From Mobula hypostoma (taxonomy: Eukaryota): 64,000 nt of DNA. Under the pieces are notes generated by a model that worked only from the letters and a program-made list of their open reading frames with translations, made no database searches and was not told where the DNA came from. The translations under genes and the position numbers were made by a program. The stretch spans positions 35,774,001-35,838,000 of the forward strand of contig NC_086104.1 of assembly GCF_963921235.1 (NCBI RefSeq), in the 5' to 3' direction. This document shows positions 38,860-50,455 of the stretch, in pieces; the first letter of the stretch is position 1; the number at the start of each line of letters is the position of its first letter.

Positions 38860-39740
38860 AATTAGAACAGTACAGCAAAGGAACATATCCTTTGGCCCAA
38901 GATATTGTGCCAAACTAAATTAGTAATCAAATGTGCAACTAAACTAATTCCTTCTGCCTGCAAAATGTCTGGATCATTCCATTTCCTGCACATCAAGTGC
39001 CTATCCAACTGACTCGTGAATGCTTCTATTACATTTGCCTCCACCTCCACCCTTGGCAGTTCATTCCAGGTAACCACTATTCACTGTGTGAAAAAACTTA
39101 CCCCATGCATCTCTTCTCAATTTACCACTTCTGATTTTAAATGTACGCCTTCTGGTATTAGACATTTCAACCATGGGGAAGAGATACTGTCTGTCTACTC
39201 GATGCATCTCATAATCTTATAAACCTCTATTAGAACTCTACACTGCCTCTGCTGCTCCAGACAAAAATTACAAGTTTGTCCAACCTTTCTTTATAATGTA
39301 TATGCCATCGAATCAAGGCAGCATCCTGTTAAACCTCTTCTGCACCTTCTCCAAGCCTCAACACCTTTCCTGTAATACAATGCTCCAGAGGCAGCCTAAC
39401 TAGAGTTTTATACAGCTGCAACATAACTTTGTGACTCTTGAACTGATTTCTTCAACTAATAAAGGAAAGCAAGCCATGTGCCTTTTTTACCACCATATCA
39501 ACCAGTGTAGCCACTTCAGGCAGTTATGAACTTGAATCCTAATATTCCTCTGCACATCAACACTATCAAGTGTTTTGCCATTAACAGTCTATTGTCCCTT
39601 TACATCTGCTCTCCCAAAGTGTAGCTTTTCATATTTGTCCAGGACAAATTTGCAACTGATCTCTAGTCTGCAGTATCCTTTGTCGGTCTTCTATGCTATC
39701 CATGCTACCAATCGCAGCATAGTCTGCAAACTTACTAACT
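38860..39740 (-). mobile_element. Old CR1 3' end
   Basis: VTWNELPRVEVEA..IEAF..QLDRH; agaacagtacagca tail. Confidence 0.8.
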
Positions 39741-39809
39741 TACTTTAATTTTATTAGAGCAGCATTTTAGCGTTAAAAAAGGAGCAAATGAATATGCAAA
39801 ATATGAAAG

Positions 39810-39932
39810 TAAATTGCAGCTATTGGATATCTGAACCAAAAGCAAAAATATTGGCAATATTCAGCAGGTCAGGCAGCATCTGTGGAAAGATAAACAGGGT
39901 TAACATATTGGATAGATGATCTTTCATCAAAC
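39810..39932 (-). mobile_element. Old Penelope pLTR remnant
   Basis: cagcaggtcaggcagcatctgtggaaaga core shared with the other pLTRs. Confidence 0.6.
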
Positions 39933-40230
39933 TTTTCTTTGCAGTTACATGCACTGAGTGGCAATTGGTAAAGTTTTAAGTTTATTTAAGATAATAATTA
40001 AAGTTCAGGTTATGATTTTATGTTATAATGTAACATATAATTCAGTGTTTCAAAGCTTGATCGATTGACTACTTGAAGCACCAGTCTGCAATTAATTACA
40101 GGTTGAAATTTGAGCACTGTGACATATTACAGTCATGTCATTTTTGAAGACATTTTCTCACTGTTCACCATAATTCTACCCATGTTGCTAGCTTTGGCTT
40201 GATATATAATGTTGCTCATGTCCTTGGGTT

Positions 40231-41310
40231 AGAAACATAGAAACATAGAAAATAGGTGCAGGAGTAGGCCATTCAGCCCTTTGAGCCTGCACCGCCATTC
40301 AGTATGATTATGGCTGATCATCCAACTCAGAACCCTGTACCTGCCTTCTCTCCATACTCCCTGATCCCTTTAGCCACAAGGGCCATATCTAACTCCCCCT
40401 TAAATATAGCCAATGAACTGGCCTCAGCTGTTTCCTGTGGCAGAGAATTCCACAGATTCACCACTCTCTGTGTGAAGAAGTTTTTCCTCATCTCGGTCCT
40501 AAAAGGCTTCCCCTTTATCCTCAAACTGTGACCCCTCGTTCTGGACTTCTCCAACATCGGGAACAATCTTCCTGCATCTAGCCTGTCCAATCCCTTTAGA
40601 GTTTTATACATTTCAATCGGATCCCCCCTCAATCTTCTAAATTCCAGAGAGTACAAGCCTAGTTGATCCAATCTTTCATCATATGAAAGTCCTGCCATCC
40701 CAGGAATCAATCTGGTGAACCTTCTTTGTACTCCCTCTATGGCAAGAATGTCTTTCCTCAAATTAGGGAACCAAAACTGCACACAATACTCCAGGTGTGG
40801 TCTCACCAAGGCCTTGTACAATTGCAGTAGTACCTCCCTGCTCCTGTACTCGAATCCTTTTGCTATGAATGCCAGCATACCATTCACCTTTTTCACCGCC
40901 TGCTGTACCTGCATGCCCACTTTCAATGACTGGTGTACAATGACACCCAGGTCTCGTTGCACCTCCCCTTTTCCTAATCGGCCACCATTCAGATAATAAT
41001 CTGTTTCCCTGTTCTTGCCACCAAAGTGGATAACTTCGCATTTATCCACATTAAATTACATCTGCCATGAATTTGCCCACTCACCCAACCTATCCAAGTC
41101 ACTCTGCATCCTCTTAGCATCCTCCTCACAGCTAACACTGCCGCCCAGCTTCGTGTCATCCGCAAACTTGGAGATGCTGCATTTAATTCCCTCGTCTAAG
41201 TCATTAATATGTATTGTAAACAACTGGGGTCCCAGCACTGAGCCTTGCGGTACCCCACTAGTCACTGCACTGAGCCTTGTGGTACCCCGCTAGTCACTAT
41301 CCCACTAGTG
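40231..41310 (-). mobile_element. Young CR1 3' end with duplicated 5' junction
   Basis: [31 protein letters not shown]; (ctatgttt)n tail; one internal stop. Confidence 0.95.
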
Positions 41311-41730
41311 CATTGCCTCTGATACAGCTGAGAGCTTGAGAGAACCAAGGACATAAGTATCAGAGTTCATCTGTTTGGATTTATCCATATTCCCAATTCT
41401 ATCTATAACCTAGACTTCACTGATTTTTCAACATTAGGTTTTGTGCGCAGTGCTCCAGATCTGGAAAGCAAGATCTTTTGATGAATGTTGTTAAAAGTTG
41501 GGGCTACAAGGAACCACCAACGAGAGTTAGATGAACCTCTGTTGGGTCATAATGACTGCCCTCTCCTCTTCAACTCCTTGATTTAAGCAGAAAAGTCTAT
41601 TATTTGTTAGCTCCTGAATCCAGTATCTGTCATAGTTTCCTTCAAAATTGCACTACATGATTTATTGGCACCAACAACTTTTACTTACTTAATGGTGAAG
41701 AATGATGGGAAAAAAACACCATATTAATGA

Positions 41731-41955
41731 CGCAAACATGAGGAAATCTGCAGATGCTGGAGTTTCAAGCAACACACATAAAAATTGCTGGTGAATGCAG
41801 CAGGCCAGGCAGCATCTATAGGAAGAGGTACAGTCGACGTTTCGGGCCGAGACCCTTGAGTCCTGATGAAGGGTCTCGGCCCAAAACGTCGACTGTACCT
41901 CTTCCTACAGATGCTGCCTGGCCTGCTGCATTCACCAACAATTTTTTTGTGTGTT
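41731..41955. mobile_element. Penelope-derived fold-back mini-element
   Basis: Inverted arms ~41771-41857 and ~41869-41955 plus a 40-nt tail; 13-bp TSD accatattaatga at 41718-41730 and 41956-41968. Confidence 0.88.
41859..41894 (+). ncRNA. Hammerhead ribozyme motif (G12>A)
   Basis: agtc CTGATGA A GGG tctcgg CCC AAAA CGTC gact. Confidence 0.65.
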
Positions 41956-42369
41956 ACCATATTAATGAGATTGGGGAGCTGGTTAGGGTACAGTCACAGC
42001 AAATGCCACTGATCATCAAATACCACTTGGTCTGGAAGGGTTCAAAAGAACAAAGAAGTAATTCAAAAACATTATGGAAAAGATGAGGTAACAAACAATC
42101 TGCTAGAGGAAGCAGTGGATCAATAACATCTGTGAGGAAAATGCAATTGTCAAATGCAGGGTTTTGAGGTAAAGCATTGACAGCTCCACAGATACTGCTT
42201 GACCTGTTGTATTTCTTAAGCAGATAGCTTGATGTTTCCCTGCCAGCAGTTGTAGTCTCATGTGTCTCCATGGAAAAGATAGGGAAGGATTTAGAATTTG
42301 AAAGTGAACATCGGGAGAGTGGAAATGGGAAAATCATGCGAAGATGGAGGGAATGACCATATATAGATA

Positions 42370-42530
42370 GATAGGTTCTTGATTAGCCAGGGCATCAAAT
42401 GGTATGGGGAGAAGGCAGGGGAGTGGGGACGACTGGAAGAATTGGATCAGACCATGACTGACTGGCAGGGCAGACTCAACGGGCCGAATGGCCTACTTCT
42501 GCTCCAATATCTTATGGTCTTATAGTCTTA
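42370..42530 (+). mobile_element. CR1 3' UTR fragment
   Basis: gggccgaatggcctacttctgctcc and (ttatggtc) tail. Confidence 0.75.
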
Positions 42531-43448
42531 AATTTTTAAAGGAGGCATCACTGATTTTGAAAAGATTGTTGATGTGTTAAATCTACAGTTTAAAATATAA
42601 ATGAGTCTTTTGCAAAATAATAGATGTATAATGGATGAAATACATTTAAACTGTTTAGAAGATTAAGCCAGTATGGAAGAGCAGATTCAAATACTGCCCC
42701 CGTAGAGTGACTGAGAACAAAGTTCCTGATATACTTGAAGGAAGTGAGAACTTGGATGGACAGATACTCTTCACCCTGCCCTTCTGGCATTGCATTAAGC
42801 TGAAATCATACTATAGGTTAAAATCCTCTGAGAAACACCTGCTCATTGATAATTTAAAAGGCAAAATGACTTCCAGAGTCACTTTTGTACCAAAGAGGAT
42901 GAAATTGTGTTATTGATTTTGCCATCAGTTAAAACACACACAGGTGTCTATCTTATTTTTCACTAGTCAACTGCATGATTGGAATTGATTGATGGTTCCT
43001 GTGGGTACACCTATTACAATAGTATTTGCATTAAATGCTGCAGAGGCCTAATTATCCTTTTCGCAGGATAATTCAAAGGCAGGCTTATAAACTTCATAAA
43101 ATATTATATCAAAACACCTGATCCTCTCTCTCAACAGAGAGAGAGAGAGTATAGACCCGCTCTCTCCCTGTTGGCTACTTTTGTGGCCAGAATTAAACTG
43201 TAGCAATGACTTCTCTTTGAAGCCCAGTAGTGTTAATTCCAAACATTCTTAACACCCTTGGCTCCTTCTTTTCTCTGTTTTAGCCTAACCCTGATAGGTG
43301 TAGATGACTTTTATTTGCAATTTGCCAACACCAAGTCCTACAGCTCCATCATCTCTTTTAGTCCCTGTGCTGACTCTGGCCGATGAAGCTGCAGCATCAG
43401 ACTCTGCACGTTCATCCTCACTCACCCCACTTCCTCTCCATCACGATG

Positions 43449-45575
43449 ATGGCAAGCATTTAAAGGTTGCATGGATGAACTACAACAATTGTTCATCCCA
43501 GTTTGGCAAAAGAATAAATCAAGGAAGGTAGTGCACCCGTGGCTGACAAGAGAAATTAGGGATAGTATCAATTCCAAAGAAGTAGCATACAAATTAGCCA
43601 GAGAAAGTGGCTCACCTGAGGACTGGGAGAAATTCAGAGTTCAGCAGAGGAGGACAAAGGGCTTAATTAGGAAAGGGTAAAAAGATTTTGAGAGAAAACT
43701 GGCAGAGAACATAAAAACGGACTGTAAAAGCTTTTATAGATATGTAAAAAGGAAAAGACTGGTAAAGACAAATGTAGGTCCCCTGCAGACAGAAACAGGT
43801 GAATTGATTATGGGGAGCAAGGACATGGCAGACCAATTGAATAATTACTTTGGTTCTGTCTTCACTAAGGAGGACATAAATAATCTTCCAGAAATAGTAA
43901 GGGACAGAGGGTCCAGTGAGATGGAGGAACTGAGTGAAATACATGTTAGTAGGGAAGTGGTGTTAGGTAAATTGAAGGGATTGAAGGCAGATAAATCCCC
44001 AGGGCCAGATGGTCTGCATCCTAGAGTGCTTAAGGAAGTAGCCCAAGAAATAGTGGATGCATTAGTGATAATTTTTCAAAACTCGTTAGATTCTGGACTA
44101 GTTCCTGAGGATTGGAGGGTGGCTAATGTAACCCCACTTTTTAAAAAAGGAGGGAGAGAGAAACCGGGGAATTATAGACCGGTTAGCCTAACGTCGGTGG
44201 TGGGGAAACTGCTGGAGTCAGTTATCAAGGATGTGATAACAGCACATTTGGAAAGCGGTGAAATGATCGGACAAAGTCAGCATGGATTTGTGAAAGGAAA
44301 ATCATGTCTGACGAATCTCATAGAATTTTTTGAGGATGTAACTAGTAGAGTGGATAGGGGAGAACCAGTGGATGTGGTATATTTGGATTTTCAAAAGGCT
44401 TTTGACAAGGTCCCACACAGGAGATTAGTGTGCAAACTTAAAGCACACGGTATTGGGGGTAAGGTATTGGTGTGGGTGGAGAATTGGTTAGCAGACAGGA
44501 AGCAAAGAGTGGAAATAAACGGGACCTTTTCAGAATGGCAGGCGGTGACTAGTGGGGTACTGCAAGGCTCAGTGCTGGGACCCCAGTTGTTTACAATATA
44601 TATTAATGACTTGGATGAGGGAATTAAATGCAACATCTCCAAGTTTGCGGATGACACGAAGCTGGGTGGCAGTGTTAGCAGTGAGGAGGATGCTAAGAGG
44701 ATGCAGGGTGACTTGGATAGGTTGGGTGAGTGGGCAAACTCATGGCAGATGCAATTTAATGTGGGTAAATGTGAAGTTATCCACTTTGGTGGCAAAAATA
44801 GGAAAACAGATTATTATCTGAATGGTGGCCGATTAGGAAAAGGGGAGGTGCAACGAGACCTGGGTGTCATTATACACCAGTCATTGAAAGTGGGCATGCA
44901 GGTACAGCAGGCGGTGAAAAAGGCGAATGGTATGCTGGCATTTATAGCGAGAGGATTCGAGTACAGGAGCAGGGAGGTACTACTGCAGTTGTACAAGGCC
45001 TTGGTGAGACCACACCTGGAGTATTGTGTGCAGTTTTGGTCCCTTAATCTGAGGAAGGACATCTTTGCCATAGAGGGAGTACAAAGAAGGTTCACCAGAT
45101 TGATTCCTGGGATGGCAGGACTTTCATATGAAGAAAGACTGGATGAACTGGGCTTGTACTCGTTGGAATTTAGAAGATTGAGGGGGGATCTGATTGAAAC
45201 GTATAAAATCCTAAAGGGATTGGACAGGCTAGATGCAGAAAGATTGTTCCCGATGTTGGGGAAGTCCAGAACGAGGGGTCACAGTTTGAGGATAGAGGGG
45301 AAGCCTTTCAGGACCGAGATTAGGAAAAACTTCTTCACACAGAGAGTGGTGAATCTGTGGAATTCTCTGCCACAGCAAACTGTTGAGGCCAGTTCATTGG
45401 CTATGTTTAAGAGGGAGTTAGATATGGCCCTTGTGGCTACGGGGGTCAGGGGGTATGGAGGGAAGGCTGGGGCGGGGTTCTGAGTTGGATGATCAGCCAT
45501 GATTATAATAAATGGCGGTGCAGGCTCGAAGGGCTGAATGGCCTACTCCTGCACCTATTTTCTATGTTTCTATGT
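43449..45575 (+). mobile_element. Young CR1 LINE, 5'-truncated, with an uninterrupted RT reading frame (43804-45483)
   Basis: 559-aa ORF: KSPGPDG, NYRPVSLTS, YLDFQKAFDKV, QGSVLGP, FADDTK; stop at 43678; no endonuclease domain; (tttctatg)n tail. Confidence 0.95.
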
Positions 45576-46668
45576 CAACTTCCATATCAGTATTATTATC
45601 AATATTTATGTATACCTCATCCAATATGACTGAAATGCTTATCCATGTCACTTCAGTTCCATAATGAACCACTTAAAAGCTTTCCTAATCTCTAGCCTCC
45701 CTGTTCTATAAGCTTAAGTTCCATCCTGAAACTATTTTGCTGGCATTCCATCCTGCATGAATCCAGCTCTTCCAGCATACCTGTCATTGCAATTCCACTC
45801 TGCCTCTCTGATTACACTGGACAAAAATTTTTGCATAAGTGTTACTTCCTCAGAATTTTTTTTGGGTTATGATAGAATGCTTGAGCTGAACACGAATAAG
45901 GAATCATCCTGTGTTTATGATTGACCACTTGAAGCACAACACAAATATAAATTCAGACTACTTGTTTCACTTAGGAATCTGGAGAAACAAGAAATTAACT
46001 TTTATTGAATATAATGCACAAAATGCATAATGGTGCTGACTCTTTGCAATAAAAAGCTAAAAGGGTTCTATTGCTGATTTTTATTCATACTCAGTGTCTG
46101 AGGCTTCTTGCTTAAGTGTTCAACAATAACCAGCCAGCTTTGATGGATCCTAATTGCCCTGATACCTCTTCTCCATGACCGTATGTCCTGGAGAAATCCT
46201 TCACCATGCCTGTCACTGACAACACCAAGGTTTGCAGGGAAGATGTCTAAATGGGAATATAATAAATGTGAGTACAGACTTTGTCTCGATCAGCAATTTC
46301 ACACCCAAGGTAGAACTCAAAGGCTTTTTTAATTAGGGGAGTCATGCTCTTTGAGATTTAAGCAAATACTCACCACAAATATAACAGGAAGTATCATGGC
46401 TGTTGCAACATTGGCAAGACGTTTTGCTATCAGAAGTACTCCTGAAAATACAATTGCTTTATTATAATAAGTGCACACAGAATGCTATGCACGTAGAACA
46501 TGCATATCAATGTGATCATATACCAATATAAATGTAAATGCAATGCAGAAAATGGTGTATACATGATGCTTTTATAGCTTTCTAAAACTTGTCCTGCCAT
46601 GCAGCTTCCAAAGATAGAAAACGTTAAGAGTTACACTGTGGGCAGCATTTTAATTGACTTGAATTATC

Positions 46669-47350
46669 AGAATTAGAATCAGGTTTATTATCACCGGCAT
46701 GTGTCGTTAAATTTGTTAGCTTAGCAGCAGCAGTACAATGCATGATAATATAGAAAGAAAAAAAAGTACATGAGTAAATGAATTACAGTAAGTACATATT
46801 ATATTAAATGGATTAAAAATAGTGCAAAACAGAAATAATATTTTTGAAAAAGTGAGGCAGTGTTTATGGGTTCAATGTCCATTTAGGAATTGGTTGGCAG
46901 AAGCGAAGAAGCTGTTCCTGAATTGCTGAGTGTGTGCCTTTGGGATTCTGAACCTCCTTCCTGATGGTAACAATGAGAAGAGGGCCTGTCCTGGGTGATG
47001 GGGGTCCTTAATATTGGCACCACCTTTCTGAGGCACTGCTCCTTGAAGATGTCTTGGATACTATCCATGATGAAGCTGACTAATTTTACACTCTCTTCTG
47101 CTTACTTCAATTCTGTGCAGAAGTACCCCCCACCATACCAGACAGTGATGCAGCCAGTCAGAATACCCTCCATCTGTAGAAGTTTTCAAGTGTTTTAGGT
47201 TGCAGCCCAAATCTTTTCAAACTCTTCATGAAATGTAGCCACTGCCTTGCCTTCTTTATAGCTGCATCGATATGTTGGGACCAGGTTAGTACCTCAGATA
47301 TCTTGACACTCAGGAACTTGAAATTTTTCACTCTCTCCACTTCTGATCCC
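46669..47350 (-). mobile_element. Rex1/Babar-type LINE 3' end
   Basis: ERVKNFKFLSVKISEVLTWSQHIDAAIKKARQWLHFMKSLKRFG; (attct)n tail. Confidence 0.8.
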
Positions 47351-48212
47351 AGTCAATTATTCTGAATTGATTCTGATCAATTATGAATTGAAATAACAAA
47401 TATAGATGATTACATAAAAAAATGTTGCGTGATAGGGGAATTTCATGGTGATTTTCATGATCAACAACCCAAAAGCCATAACATACACCCAGAGGTATTC
47501 AGGAAGCAAAATCTTTGCTGTTCAGTGTTACCTAAGTCTCAAATAATTACTCACCTCTTGTTTAAAACTTCGGTTGATAGTTGTAGTTCAGACATTCTAT
47601 CAATTTTCTTTAGCTGAGATTGTATTTAGGCATTATGTAGAGCATAAACCACTTGGCCTCTCAGCTTCTTTGGGGGATGGAATTGACGAGAATCTGGAAA
47701 GTATGAAATAGGATTAGTGGAGATGGGTGGTTAATGGCCAGTGGTTCTGTTCCATTCCGCAAAAATTTATGACTATCTCACTTCGACAGCTGAACTGTTA
47801 ATTCATCAAAATATCTAATCAAACAAGGTGCATTTTTGTTTTTACTTTTTTCCATTTTAAGGATGTGATTCTTATAATTAAGGAATTTTGTAATATTTAA
47901 TTTCTAGAAGAGTAAAAAGGTGTCAACAAAATTGGATTTTCTGGCATGGTGGTCTTCAATCATTTTTACAAGATAGGATTGCGAGCCCCATACCCAGCCT
48001 TTCTCCTTTCACAGCCTCCATGACAGAGTTAATGAGATAATTACTTGATTCTTATCATTGCTTTTATGTTGGACCTCTCTGTGCAAAATTGGATGCGACA
48101 CTTCCTACATTGATAAAACATTTGACTAAATTTCAAGTGACTTCAAGAGCTGTAAAACACTTTGGGACTGCCTGATTTTGCCCACGACCTTTCCTGTGCT
48201 AGTGACTCCCCA

Positions 48213-48555
48213 AAATTCAAAGGAACTTTATTATCAAAGTACATATATGTCACCATATACTCCCCTGAGATTTTCCTGTGGGCATTCACAGCAGAACAAA
48301 GAAATACAATAGAATTAGTGAAAAGCTACATACAAAGACAAACAGCCAATGTGCAAAATAAGACAAAATGTGCAAATTCAAAAAAAAAATAAATAAATAA
48401 TACTGAAAACATGATTCATAGTATCTTTAAAAGTGAGTCCATAGATTGTGAACTCAGTTCACTGTTGAGGTGAGTGAAGTTATCTATGCCAGTTCAGGGG
48501 CCTGATGTTTGAAGGGTAGTAACTTTTCCTGAACTTGGTGGTGTGGGACTTCAGC
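48213..48555 (-). repeat. Interspersed retroposon 3' end
   Basis: ttcaaaggaactttattatcaaagtacatatatgtcacc is the reverse complement of the shared tail. Confidence 0.6.
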
Positions 48556-48569
48556 ACTATATATTCCCG

Positions 48570-50343
48570 CCCCCATTTTCATCGCTGTAAATGCTTAAGG
48601 GAAGATAGCAATCTTTGTCCAACACTATTTTATAGCAACTTATTCCAGGCTATTAGCATCGTGTCACAATATAGAATAGTCTTCCTTTTTTCCCCAAAAC
48701 TATTGTCAAAGCGTCAACTACCTTGATATCAATCAGACCTTGATCAATCTTAAGATCAGATATAAAGGGGTTTTTTTTTGGCTCGAGATATATCGTTCTT
48801 CATTTTAAATTTCGTGCTCTTATAACTTGTTTGATTAGTCATACATTCTTCCAATGCAATCCATGAAGAACAACATCCCAATTAAAACCTTTTCCGTCTC
48901 CATCCTTCACGATCTGCCTGCAGGCTGTTGGATTAGACCACGTTAATTGCAAATAGTCCAATTCTCCTCGTCCTTCAATCGATTTATATTTAACGGATTT
49001 TTTAAAAGTGCAATCTTCTATATCTATACAGAAGCAATTAGCTGTATTTTCTCCCATTAATTGCTCTATAATTAAAGTTCAAATGCGATTTCGCTCCTGA
49101 CCTATCGCAACCTAAACATTTAATGAATCTCGTTCAAGTCGTTAAATTTTAAAATAACGTTATCTGCATCTGTTTTCATTCTAGCTTGTTAGAACAATTA
49201 TACTTTGATCTAAAGATAAAATAACGACGATAAACCCACAGCGGGAAAGTTCTTTGCGAATTCCGTGTGTGATGTATAAATGTTTGTAGAACATTTCAAT
49301 AGCATGAAATTACTGTTAATGAAACTTGCTCCCTTTGTTTATTTTTTCCCGTGTACGGTGTTGCCACGATCGTGAGGAATGAGTGGCCGAAATTGTACCA
49401 AATATTACTATCGTAAACGTATTAAATAAATATTATTATAGTGTTCTTATCGAAAATAAATGCACAGTTGCTTTAACATGATAACCTATAACATGCACTT
49501 TTATCTTTAACATGTTGTCTCTTAGTGTCGCAGATAGCAGTCCATTAAGGACATATGTGTACATGCAATGATTCATAGTAATACCAAGCAGATGTTTTCC
49601 CCCGCCATGTATATCAGTAGTCCATTGCTGTATTTCACTTCAGATCATTACTGACAGAACCAGCTCTTTGAAGGAATTAACCAAAGAAGTATTTGGGCCA
49701 CTTCGTGGGACCATACAACTCATACATGTTTAGAAAGCATACGTTTTCTTCTTCATGAAAAAAAACGGGGAAATTCCATGCTTAATTACAACTTTGCGGC
49801 TTATTCTAATAGTTATAGCACACATGGAAGGGAAAGTGGATCTCCAATCTTGCTCATGTCTACTCTTTCTCCTTTGGGAAACAGTTCGGTCTCACTGGAG
49901 CTCTTCGTTTTGTAGTTGCCGTTGGGCTGGAGCGTGACATCAGGGTTCTTAGAGCCGAATTAGCTTTTCACAAAAAGGATGCTTAGTTTAAAGCCCAGGC
50001 CTGTCCAGCAGAGTTCTGACATACAACCACCCACAGAGACTTCCCTGACTTTCCATTACCACCCAGTTTACCAGCGATCTTTAGTTATTCGAGTTAAAGC
50101 ATTCGCCCTTTCAGTAGCCTTTGCATCATACCACTGCCCGTCTGTAATAGAGGAAACCGTACTCAGTGTTATTTTGAGCCACTTTCATTATTAGCCTTGG
50201 TCGACGATTGGTTGTTCGGGCTCGGTGGACCATGATGATGTCATGATGCCACCAGGTAAACTTGTCAAACTGGGGTGGAGAAGGTGCATTCCTCGGAGCT
50301 GGAGGATCAAGATTCTGCAGCATCTGCCTGCTCCCCCCATAAA
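48570..50343 (+). promoter_or_regulatory. PROP1 promoter / 5' region, CpG-retaining unique sequence
   Basis: Repeat-free, visibly CpG-richer than the flanks, directly upstream of coding exon 1; TSS not identifiable. Confidence 0.5.
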
Positions 50344-50455
50344 ATGAAAATGGCCCAAGAGTTGCAGTCAATCAGCGGACGGGAAGGTAAAAGAAAAGGT
50401 GATGAATTTCTATCGCTTTTTCCAGATCACACCAATTCTGTCAATTCAACGACAG
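50344..50455 (+). CDS. PROP1: PROP paired-like homeobox 1, coding exon 1 (alternative ATG at 50350)
   Basis: MKMAQELQSISGREGKRKGDEFLSLFPDHTNSVNSTT(V); consensus donor CAG|gtgagt, phase 1, joins exon 2 to give GTT (Val); STTVDST resembles human TTTVDSS (from recall). Confidence 0.8.

Noticed and set aside
50275-50343. N-terminal extension MEKVHSSE... of exon 1
   Set aside because: It begins at GTG; the ATGs at 50344 and 50350 give a length matching known PROP1 exon 1
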